Assembly: GCA_001787405.1 (NCBI GenBank)
Contig: MFWV01000011.1
Span: 118,860-182,859, forward strand
Direction of reading: 5' to 3'
Origin: Candidatus Pacebacteria bacterium RIFOXYA1_FULL_38_18
GTDB lineage: Bacteria > Patescibacteriota > Microgenomatia > UBA1400 > PJMF01
DNA: 64,000 nucleotides
The position numbers and the translations under genes were made by a program. This document shows positions 12,437 through 20,860 of the stretch, piece by piece. Every line of letters starts with the position of its first letter. Within the stretch, counting starts at the first letter, position 1. Under the pieces are notes generated by a model, which searched no databases, had not been told where the DNA came from, and saw only the letters and a program-made list of their open reading frames with translations.

Positions 12437-12828
12437 GTCCTTTTAATCTCAACGATCAGCTTAAAAAGTTACAGCAAAGAAAAGATTTATTGATTATTTT
12501 CTTGTTATTTTTTGTTATCTCGATTTTTTGGATTGCTATTGATGTTCTTTCTTCTCAACAAAAAACAGGTATTTCTGCCGAGCAACGTCAACTGGCTAAA
12601 CCTTTGAGCCCTAGTTTGGATAGTCAAGTGATCGAAGATTTGGAACAGAAAATTATTTATTCTGAAAGTGAACTGAGAAACTTTCCTATTTATGTGATTA
12701 ATCCCAATCAAGCAGTGACAATGACCCAAACGACAGAATCCGCTGATGAAACAACTAGTCAGGATCAACAAATAACTTTACCGATGGAATTGGAAGGTGC
12801 CTTAAATCAATTGGAGGAGGGTTTATAA
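12433..12828 (+). CDS. small membrane-anchored acidic protein (PilP-position protein), hypothetical
   Basis: ATGA overlap with the pilO stop, one TM helix, acidic C-terminus. Confidence 0.4.
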   Translation: MSPFNLNDQLKKLQQRKDLLIIFLLFFVISIFWIAIDVLSSQQKTGISAEQRQLAKPLSPSLDSQVIEDLEQKIIYSESELRNFPIYVINPNQAVTMTQTTESADETTSQDQQITLPMELEGALNQLEEGL

Positions 12829-12988
12829 ATTATGTTGCTTTCCAACTCCAAATACTGATTTAGTTACTTCTTAAAATTTGTTTACCAGAGTAAAGAATGA
12901 ATACAAGTATTTTTTTACCACCTTGTAGTTTTCTTAATTTTTCTCTAGAGTATTATCAGGTGTGTTTTAATATACATCTCTGTTTATT

Positions 12989-14458
12989 ATGCCAGTGACT
13001 GCCAAAAAAACACCGCTTGCCAAGAAACAAATTCCTACACTCCTTGGTTTGGGAATCTTGATTGTCTCTTTGATAGCCGGGGTCTTGTTATTTGGTGATG
13101 GCACCGGAGTATTTGCTCCTCGCGCTACACCAGAAACTACTCCTAAAAACGTTACAATCAGCAACTTGACTGACAAATCTTTTACGGTTTCTTTCAATAC
13201 AGACGAGGCAACTAGTGGTTTTATTAAATACGGTGAAAAAGAAAGCTCTCTCAAATCACAAGCCAGTGATGATCGCGATCAGCTATCTGGATCAGTAGGA
13301 GAGAATCGTTTGCATCACATAACGGTCAGAAGTTTAATTCCCAATACTACTTATTTTTATACCATTGGCACTGGTTCGTCAGCCAAGTTTGATAATAATG
13401 GGGCACCCTTTACTGTTCGCACTTTACCCGCTCCATCTGGAGATTCCCCAATAAACAAGACTATTTATGGTACTGTCATCACGGAATCAGGTGCACCAGC
13501 AGAAGGAAGCATAGTTTATGTTCGAGGAGATAATATGGGCGAAATGTCTTCACTAGTTAAATCTTCTGGTAGTTGGGCGATTGCTTTGGCAAATGCTCGA
13601 AATAGTGATGGCAGTAATTTTGCTCAACTGACCGATGACACTATTTTGAACATTATCATTCAAGGAACGGATCCAGCCAAAAGTTCGATATTTTCTATTC
13701 CTGTCAAAGAAGCTCAGCCAGTTCCAGAACTTACTTTAGGGAATGTCCCGCCTGTTCAAACAACCGAACAGACAGATACTAGTGGTACAGATAGTAATAC
13801 TCCAGGAGGTTTAACTGATTTGTTAGATGAAATAGCCAGTGAAGAAGAGGCGAGCGAAGGTGGAATAAGTGAAAATGAAACAATAACTACAGACGAGAAT
13901 TCAGAACAAAAAACTCTTGACTTATCAGAAGTAGTAGAAGAAGATCGACCGACGGTTAATTCCACTCCGCTTATCAAAGGTACGGTTGCTCCTGGAGTAG
14001 CCGTTACTATTGAAGTAAATTCAGAAACCCAAATTACTCAAACCTTGATTGCTGATGAAGATGGCAATTTTAGTTTGGATTTAGCTAGCCTAGGACAAGA
14101 ACTAGAACCAGGCGAGCATAGTGTCACTTATACCTACACTGATCCCACCACTGGTGAATCGGTGACCAAAACTCAAGTATTCTTGGTTGAAGACACCAGC
14201 AGTCAGTTGGCTTTAGCAGACACCAACGATGAAACTACGAGCTTTGGCTCTGGAGATCCTTTTCCAGTAGAAGCTACCCCCACACCTACCCCTGTATCGG
14301 TACTAGACACCACTCGTTCTGCAGTAGTTTCTACAGAAGAAGGCAGTTTCCAGGCTGGTTCGGTAGAGAACACTATTATCTTGATTGTAGGTGGGATATT
14401 CTTTATTTTTGCTGGAGTTTGGAGTTGGTGGCTAGCTCACGAAGTAAGAGAAGACTAG
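12989..14458 (+). CDS. cell-surface protein with a fibronectin type III-like domain, acidic linker, Ig-like domain and C-terminal TM anchor
   Basis: N-terminal signal anchor. FN3/purple-acid-phosphatase-N-like block NVTISNLTDKSFTVSFNTDEATSGFIKYG...NTTYFYTIG. Ig-like GTVAPGVAVTIEVNSE...DEDGNFSLDL. C-terminal hydrophobic helix plus HEVRED. Confidence 0.55.
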   Translation: MPVTAKKTPLAKKQIPTLLGLGILIVSLIAGVLLFGDGTGVFAPRATPETTPKNVTISNLTDKSFTVSFNTDEATSGFIKYGEKESSLKSQASDDRDQLSGSVGENRLHHITVRSLIPNTTYFYTIGTGSSAKFDNNGAPFTVRTLPAPSGDSPINKTIYGTVITESGAPAEGSIVYVRGDNMGEMSSLVKSSGSWAIALANARNSDGSNFAQLTDDTILNIIIQGTDPAKSSIFSIPVKEAQPVPELTLGNVPPVQTTEQTDTSGTDSNTPGGLTDLLDEIASEEEASEGGISENETITTDENSEQKTLDLSEVVEEDRPTVNSTPLIKGTVAPGVAVTIEVNSETQITQTLIADEDGNFSLDLASLGQELEPGEHSVTYTYTDPTTGESVTKTQVFLVEDTSSQLALADTNDETTSFGSGDPFPVEATPTPTPVSVLDTTRSAVVSTEEGSFQAGSVENTIILIVGGIFFIFAGVWSWWLAHEVRED

Positions 14459-15645
14459 TTTTTAATTTCCAGTTCTTGATCTATTACGTTCCATAAATCT
14501 CTGGAATTTCCCTCATAACCCAATGACCAAATAGCAATGCCAGCCAAGTTTAATTGATTAACATATTCTAGTTTATATGAAACTGAGGCAGCATTCTCAA
14601 AATAGATTAAGTAATTTTTTCCATTTTCAACATAACTTAAATAAGGAGCTAGGGCATTTTTATCCCAATGTTCAACCAATGCCAATTCTTCTTTGCGAGC
14701 TAATAAGTCTTTAACCCGTTGATAACTGGCAGTAACTCCAGTGCGAGGTAGGGTAAATGACTCTGGTTGAGTGGAAGTGGTTTGCCACTCATAGCCATAA
14801 AAAGGAATGCCCAAAAGTAGTTTGTTGGTGGGTGCTTTTCTGGAAAAATCTCTCAAATAATCATTGATATTTTCTGACCAACTTGCTTCTTTTTCAAAAA
14901 GAGGAGCCACTGGTCCTGCAGTAGGCGAAGAACTGCGATGAAAATCGTAAGCCATCACGATGATGTAATCTACCAAAGGCACGATTTTTTCTACTTCCCA
15001 AAGCATATTTTTGGTTGCTGCACCAGCATACATATCAACTGTTAGTTCAATATCATCATAGGTGTCGTTTAAATGATCTCGAACTTTTTGTAAAAAAGAC
15101 GTATATTGTTGACGCAATTCTTGAGAAGCAAGGCCAACGTATTCAATGTCTAGATTAAGACCATTAAAAGGATAGGCTAGTAAGAGCGAGTCGATTTCTT
15201 GCAAAAAAGTTTCCTGGGCAGTTGAAGAAGCCAAGAAAGCCTCAATCTCATCATTATCAAATTGAGAGAGCACAATATGAGTTTTACTGCCATAAGTTTT
15301 GGCGGTTTCATTTATTTGTAAAAAATCTTCCGACTGCAAATTTCTAAAGCCTGGATCAGTCTCTCCATTGCTGACGGTTAATAAACTACCATCATCTTTG
15401 ATGGTCAATGAAAAATAAACCAAATGAGTCAACTCTGGTTGGAGTGTGACTTTTTTCATATTCCAGTAAGGCAGAAAACCATAAACTATTTTTTTGGTTT
15501 TAATATGAGGAAAGCTGGAGAGAAATCTAGAAAAAGGATTGTCTCCCAAGGGAGAGAGAAGAGGTGGTTCAATGAAAATCCAGATTACTACTAAAATGCC
15601 AATTAAAATCAGCAGAATGGTATTAATGATTTTTCTCACCCTCAA
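14455..15645 (-). CDS. glycoside hydrolase family 18 (chitinase-like) domain protein with an N-terminal TM anchor
   Basis: GH18 catalytic region ...FNGLNLDIEYVG... (DxxDxDxE-like with D-x-E retained) and FYGYEW. Its start overlaps the PBP1A stop by 4 nt. Confidence 0.65.
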   Translation of the reverse strand: MRVRKIINTILLILIGILVVIWIFIEPPLLSPLGDNPFSRFLSSFPHIKTKKIVYGFLPYWNMKKVTLQPELTHLVYFSLTIKDDGSLLTVSNGETDPGFRNLQSEDFLQINETAKTYGSKTHIVLSQFDNDEIEAFLASSTAQETFLQEIDSLLLAYPFNGLNLDIEYVGLASQELRQQYTSFLQKVRDHLNDTYDDIELTVDMYAGAATKNMLWEVEKIVPLVDYIIVMAYDFHRSSSPTAGPVAPLFEKEASWSENINDYLRDFSRKAPTNKLLLGIPFYGYEWQTTSTQPESFTLPRTGVTASYQRVKDLLARKEELALVEHWDKNALAPYLSYVENGKNYLIYFENAASVSYKLEYVNQLNLAGIAIWSLGYEGNSRDLWNVIDQELEIKN

Positions 15646-18122
15646 TCTTTTTCTTTTTTGTCTTTACCCTGACCATTATTTTGAGGAGTGCTGCTAGCTG
15701 GCAGGCTCATATTTTCTTGAGCATAATGCTTTTCGTAAATAATTTTTCCTTCTTCGTCTACTGCTCGGTTACAATCTCCGCAATAAAGTTCTGTGACGGG
15801 ATCTTGATAAATCATATGAGTTTCCAAAACTAAACCCTCTGCTTCTTCACCATATTCAGGAGGTAAACCGGTTTCAGGTTTGATCCAAACTTCTTTACTA
15901 ATAATAGTTGAGCGTGATGGTTTGCCTTCTGCCCAATAAAGCTCTTCATTGGTTTCTGTACAACCCTTTTCTTCACTCTTTTCTTCATTCTCAGACTCGG
16001 TACTAGTGACGGTCAATTCTCGTGGTAAACCACTAGGACAAACCGTTCCCTTCATTACGTCTGCTGGTTTTTCTTGCCAGCTTGGTTCTTGATTGCGCAA
16101 GACATAACTCATGATGTCATTGAAAATAGGGGCTGCTCCAGTGATGCCGGAAGCTAAATAACTCATTGGGGTATTGTCATTATTTCCCACCCAGACAATA
16201 GTTAGGAATTTTGGAGTAAAACCAATCGTCCAGTTATCTTTTAGATCATTGGTGGTACCGGTTTTTACACTGACTACTTGATTAGGAATTACCAATTCAG
16301 AATTGGTGCCAAAAGCCAGTGTTCTAGCGCTGTTATCTTGCATGATGTTACTAACCAAATAAGCTGGGGCTGGATCCATAACTCTTTGCAGTTCACCTTT
16401 ATTTTCATCAGTTGGATTGGCGAGTAGAGTTTGTAAATTTTCCAATCTCTCTTCCAAATCAATTTCCAGCAACTGCTCTCCTTTAAAATTTTCTATTTTC
16501 AAAATAGGTAAAATCGGTACCTTTACTCCTTGATTGGCCAAGACTCCGAAAGCCAAAGCCATGTCGATCATGCGCACCTCTCCACCGCCCAAAGCGAGAG
16601 AAGGACCGTATTGAGAAGGATCTTGCCAGCCGGTAATGCCCATTTTGGTAGCCTGAGCAATGAGACTTTCCACTCCAATGGTTTGGATCGCTTTGACTGC
16701 TGGGATATTAAGTGAATTACCCAAGGATTGACGAACCGTTACCGGTCCTTTGAAATCTCCAGTATAGTTTTTGGGACAATATTCTGGCTGGTTTGGCAAC
16801 TTGATGCAGGTGGGAATATCCAAAAGCATAGTGCCAGGATTCAGAGTTTTTTCTTGAAAGGCAGTACCATAAACAATGGGTTTGATAGAAGATCCTGGTT
16901 GTCTCCTGGCAAGAGTAACATTAACCTGACCATCATCTTCCAGATTAAAATAATTTTTGGAGCCGATCATAGCCAAAATTTCACCGGTATCAGGTTTAGT
17001 AATTAAGGCAGCTCCGTTGCCCACTCGTAAGCGCGCTAGACTGTCAACTTCTGCGGAAAGAGAAGCTTGAGCTGCTTCTTGTAGATCAATATCCAGAGTG
17101 GTGGTAACCCGCAAGCCACCTTTCTCCACCATCTCCTCTCCGTATTCTTCATATAACAAATCTCGCACGTAAAATACAAAGTGGGGAGCTTTGATATCGG
17201 TTTTTTTTAAAGCAAATTGTAGAATATCATTCTTGGCTTCTTCGGCTCGGGGAGCGTCAATAAATTTTTCTTCTACCATTCTGCGCAAAACTTCTTGTTG
17301 ACGAGTTTTAGCTCTTTCCGGATCTGAACCAAAAGGGGAGTAAAGGCTGGGAGCTTGAGGTAGGCCGGCCAACATGGCTGCTTCTGCTATGGTTAGATCT
17401 TTGGCACTTTTGTCAAAATAGTGTTGAGAGGCTGATTCAATACCAACGGCTGTACCGCCATAAGAAATATAATTAAGATACATTTCCAAAATATCTTCTT
17501 TGCTGTAAATCAACTCAGTTATGACAGATAAGACCGCCTCCTTGATTTTTCTAGTCCAGGAGCGTTCGGGGGTTAAGAGGGCATTTTTTACTAATTGCTG
17601 AGTAATGGTCGAACCACCTTCTAGGCGTTCACCAGTAAAATTATTTTTAACTGCCCGCAGAATACCCTCTAGATCAAAACCCCAGTGTTTATAGAAATTT
17701 TTATCTTCTATGGCGATTGTGGCTTGCAAGACGTGAGGGGGCAGACTTTCTATTTCAATGGGAATTCTATTTTCATCAGCAAAAATTTCGTAGAGTAAAA
17801 CACCATTACGATCAAAGATTTGAGTGCTGACAGCAAAGTTTTCTTGAGAAGTCAGTCGGCGAGGTGAAGGTAGATCGCGGATGAGAAAAGCAAAAACTGC
17901 CAGACCAGAGAAAAAAACGGCCAACAAACCGTAACCCACCAGTTTATTGCGAAAAGGTAAACTCAAAACTCGTCCAAATGAATGCCAGCGCTGGCGTTGA
18001 GTTGGTGTTTTAACTAGTTTTTTTTCAAGGGAATCAGGAAAACCTAGAAAAGTTTTTTTCAGATTATTCAATATTTTTTTTTGGTTCTTTGCAGAAGATG
18101 TTACTTTTTTTGATTTACTCAT
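15642..18122 (-). CDS. class A penicillin-binding protein (bifunctional glycosyltransferase GT51 / transpeptidase), PBP1A-type
   Basis: GT51 motifs IAIEDKNFYKHWGFD and GGSTITQQLVKN. Transpeptidase SSIKP (SxxK), SLN, KTGTT. Confidence 0.9.
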   Translation of the reverse strand: MSKSKKVTSSAKNQKKILNNLKKTFLGFPDSLEKKLVKTPTQRQRWHSFGRVLSLPFRNKLVGYGLLAVFFSGLAVFAFLIRDLPSPRRLTSQENFAVSTQIFDRNGVLLYEIFADENRIPIEIESLPPHVLQATIAIEDKNFYKHWGFDLEGILRAVKNNFTGERLEGGSTITQQLVKNALLTPERSWTRKIKEAVLSVITELIYSKEDILEMYLNYISYGGTAVGIESASQHYFDKSAKDLTIAEAAMLAGLPQAPSLYSPFGSDPERAKTRQQEVLRRMVEEKFIDAPRAEEAKNDILQFALKKTDIKAPHFVFYVRDLLYEEYGEEMVEKGGLRVTTTLDIDLQEAAQASLSAEVDSLARLRVGNGAALITKPDTGEILAMIGSKNYFNLEDDGQVNVTLARRQPGSSIKPIVYGTAFQEKTLNPGTMLLDIPTCIKLPNQPEYCPKNYTGDFKGPVTVRQSLGNSLNIPAVKAIQTIGVESLIAQATKMGITGWQDPSQYGPSLALGGGEVRMIDMALAFGVLANQGVKVPILPILKIENFKGEQLLEIDLEERLENLQTLLANPTDENKGELQRVMDPAPAYLVSNIMQDNSARTLAFGTNSELVIPNQVVSVKTGTTNDLKDNWTIGFTPKFLTIVWVGNNDNTPMSYLASGITGAAPIFNDIMSYVLRNQEPSWQEKPADVMKGTVCPSGLPRELTVTSTESENEEKSEEKGCTETNEELYWAEGKPSRSTIISKEVWIKPETGLPPEYGEEAEGLVLETHMIYQDPVTELYCGDCNRAVDEEGKIIYEKHYAQENMSLPASSTPQNNGQGKDKKEKD

Positions 18123-18274
18123 GTGACTGATTATTGATTATATATAAAATATTTTACCTTTAAGTTGCGTAATTGTTTAAGGTGAGGATAATATGTTATA
18201 ACTTTGCCCAAATAGGTTGAGTTCCTCAGACCTTGAATTATCTCTTATTTATAAAGGTACGGCAAGTTAAAAAT

Positions 18275-18916
18275 ATGTCCAATAATCCACTTTTTATTTA
18301 TAAAAATATTACTATTTCTGGTTTACCAGGAGCTGGTTCGACTACTTTACTACATAAACTCAGAGAAGCACTGGATAAAAACTGGCAAGCTTTTAGTGGC
18401 GGAGAATTTATGCGAGCATGGGCTGCTGAACACAATTATTTTGATAATAATGACAAATTTCATCACTCTTCTATAGTTTATGGTGAAGAATTTGATAAAG
18501 AAGTAGATATGGGTATGCGCCATAAACTAGAAACAGAAAAAAACTGGATTTTAGAATCATGGTTATCAGGCTTTGTAGCGCAACAAGTGCCAGGAGTACT
18601 CAAGGTTTTATTGGATTGCAGTAATGATTCGGTGAGAATTGATCGCATTGTAAATAGAGATACCGCCACTGTTGAAGAAGCTAAAAAACACATCAGTGCT
18701 CGCTATCAGGAGAACTTGACCAAATGGTCAAGGCTTTACACTAAAGAATGGCAAAAATGGGTAGTAGAGCCAGGCACACTCTCTGCAAATGAGCCAATTG
18801 ATTTTTGGCGCCCAGAACTTTACGATGTAGTTATCGATACATATTCAACTAATCAAGACGAAACACTCAAACAAGTTTTAGATGCCCTCAAGAAGAAAAC
18901 GCCGTCTAGCCACTAA
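18275..18916 (+). CDS. P-loop NTPase, cytidylate/nucleoside-monophosphate kinase-like family
   Basis: Walker A ISGLPGAGSTTL near the N-terminus. Start set at the Met 14 codons inside the ORF. Confidence 0.5.
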   Translation: MSNNPLFIYKNITISGLPGAGSTTLLHKLREALDKNWQAFSGGEFMRAWAAEHNYFDNNDKFHHSSIVYGEEFDKEVDMGMRHKLETEKNWILESWLSGFVAQQVPGVLKVLLDCSNDSVRIDRIVNRDTATVEEAKKHISARYQENLTKWSRLYTKEWQKWVVEPGTLSANEPIDFWRPELYDVVIDTYSTNQDETLKQVLDALKKKTPSSH

Positions 18917-19604
18917 GTCAAAAAGTCGCGCCCAAACCGGCTCTCAAAAACGATCGTATGGTACCAAAAAAGCCCAACACGTTGCTTTTTTTCCATTATT
19001 AATTTTAAGTTTTGTTTTTTGGTTTATTTATCGGGGAGTTTTTCAATTTCCAGTTTTTTTTGATGAGCTAATTGGCAAGGCAATTTTTTTTGGATTGCCA
19101 GTTTGGCTTTATATTTTGGTCAGTGGTTATAGAGAAATAGCCGATACTTTTGCTCCTTATAAAATGAAGCGAGGTTTGATGATGGGCATTGCTATCGGTG
19201 GTTTGTATGGTTTTGTGGCTACTTTTCTGGCTGTTTTACAAAGTAGAGCTATTTATCCCAGTTTTGCTTTTTTGACCAATCAATTCTGGCTGGAATTTAT
19301 TCAGGCTTTACTGACTGGTTTTTGGGAAACACTCTTCTTTTTTAGTTTTGTGATGTTGGTAATACAAAATAGTTTTAGAAACTGGTCTTTATTGAGCAAA
19401 ATTCTCTTAGTAGTATTGGTTTTTCTCGTCTTTCATTTACCGAACACCTTTTTACGCTTTCAAGGTGCGGATGGTTGGTACCAAGTTATTTTATTGACAC
19501 TTTTTGCTCTAGGTCAGTCACTTTTATTTTTAAAAGAAAAAAACGGCTACAGTTTGGCAATCTCACATGCCCTATGGGGGATGGTGCTAATGTTTCATTT
19601 TTAG
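18882..19604 (+). CDS. CPBP-family (CAAX protease-like) intramembrane protease, putative
   Basis: Multi-TM protein with motif-2-like FLVFHLPN and motif-3-like HALWG. The 5' end overlaps the previous gene and the start is uncertain. Confidence 0.45.
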   Translation: MPSRRKRRLATKSKSRAQTGSQKRSYGTKKAQHVAFFPLLILSFVFWFIYRGVFQFPVFFDELIGKAIFFGLPVWLYILVSGYREIADTFAPYKMKRGLMMGIAIGGLYGFVATFLAVLQSRAIYPSFAFLTNQFWLEFIQALLTGFWETLFFFSFVMLVIQNSFRNWSLLSKILLVVLVFLVFHLPNTFLRFQGADGWYQVILLTLFALGQSLLFLKEKNGYSLAISHALWGMVLMFHF

Positions 19605-19708
19605 CAAAATAAAGAGAGTTTGTTGTTTATCAAGATGACGTTTATAATCCAGTTCCTTATAGATTTGTCCACGAATTTTTAAAACCTAAATTAATTAACT
19701 AACTTAAC

Positions 19709-20248
19709 ATGAAATTTATCATCAAATCCTCTCCTCAATTATTATTTCTTATTTTTGGTGGAGTAGTAGTTTTGATGTCACTAATGTCTGCCAATCGCAT
19801 TTTTTCTCAAGGGTCTGGCTTGGAACTGACCAAACAGAAACTTTATTTTCAAGGAGAGATTCTGCCTGATCATTTGTTATATCCCACTTTTGCAGGCTTG
19901 GATCGTTTGCAAATAATTATGGCTAATAATTCAAATAAAGTTGATTTAAAAACAGAATGCGCTTGGAAAAGGTTGGCTTATACTCAAGCTCTTTTGGAAA
20001 AAGGACATCTGGAATTATCATTTTCCACTTTGACGAAAGCATATAAATATTATCTTGATGCCCTGATTACGGCTCAATCTCTATCTTTGACTACTTTACA
20101 AAAAGAGAGATTGATTGAGAGTGTTGAGATTTTTCAATTTACAGCTAATGATTTATTCACCAGTTTCTCTGATTCTCAACAAGAAGAGCTGAACAGATTG
20201 GGCAATCAATTAACCGTATTATCTCAATTTTTTATTGATTCCATTTGA
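19709..20248 (+). CDS. signal-anchored hypothetical protein
   Basis: ORF with an N-terminal TM helix and no recognisable domain. Confidence 0.45.
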   Translation: MKFIIKSSPQLLFLIFGGVVVLMSLMSANRIFSQGSGLELTKQKLYFQGEILPDHLLYPTFAGLDRLQIIMANNSNKVDLKTECAWKRLAYTQALLEKGHLELSFSTLTKAYKYYLDALITAQSLSLTTLQKERLIESVEIFQFTANDLFTSFSDSQQEELNRLGNQLTVLSQFFIDSI

Positions 20249-20312
20249 TTGTTTTTGTTCTATTGACTTAAGTCTATTGGGTATGAGATTCTTTATACCC
20301 TGTTAATTAGTG

Positions 20313-20360
20313 ACACAATAAGCTGTGTTCTGTTATAGAGGGAAACACTATATATAGTAT
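20313..20360. promoter_or_regulatory. tandem NrdR boxes (operator) upstream of nrdR-nrdJ
   Basis: acacaataagctgtgt at 20313-20328 and ACACTATATATAGTAT at 20345-20360, with centres 32 bp apart. Both match the NrdR-box consensus acaCwAtATaTwGtgt. Confidence 0.6.
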
Positions 20361-20373
20361 ATTTTAATAATTT

Positions 20374-20829
20374 ATGCTTTGTCCATTTTGCCAGTCTGAT
20401 AGTCTATCAGTTATTGATACTAGAGAAGCAGAGGGTGGAGAAACCACTCGCCGACGCAGAGTTTGTAAAAAATGTCAGCATCGGTTTACTACATATGAGC
20501 GACCTGAAGGCATTGATCTAAAAGTGATTAAAAAAAATGGAGCAACTGAACATTTTAGTAGAGAAAAAATTAAAAGAGGCCTTATTAAAGCAACTTGGAA
20601 ACGACCAGTTTCTATGACGCAAATCGAAGACTTGATCAACGAGGTAGAAAGCAAGCTTCGTATCAAAGGAGTGCGTGAGGTAAAAAGTTGGGAAATTGGC
20701 AATTTGGTTATTAACAGATTAAAAAAATTGGATCCGTTGGCTTACTTATTATTTGCTACGGTTTATCGAGATTTTGACACGGTTGAAGATTTTAAAACAG
20801 AAATCGGAAAACTGGAAAAACAATCATAA
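20374..20829 (+). CDS. nrdR: transcriptional repressor NrdR
   Basis: Zn-ribbon CPFC...CKKC, RRRR motif, ATP-cone domain. Confidence 0.9.
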   Translation: MLCPFCQSDSLSVIDTREAEGGETTRRRRVCKKCQHRFTTYERPEGIDLKVIKKNGATEHFSREKIKRGLIKATWKRPVSMTQIEDLINEVESKLRIKGVREVKSWEIGNLVINRLKKLDPLAYLLFATVYRDFDTVEDFKTEIGKLEKQS

Positions 20830-20860
20830 ATTATTTGGAAAATTATTTAGAAAGTGCCAT

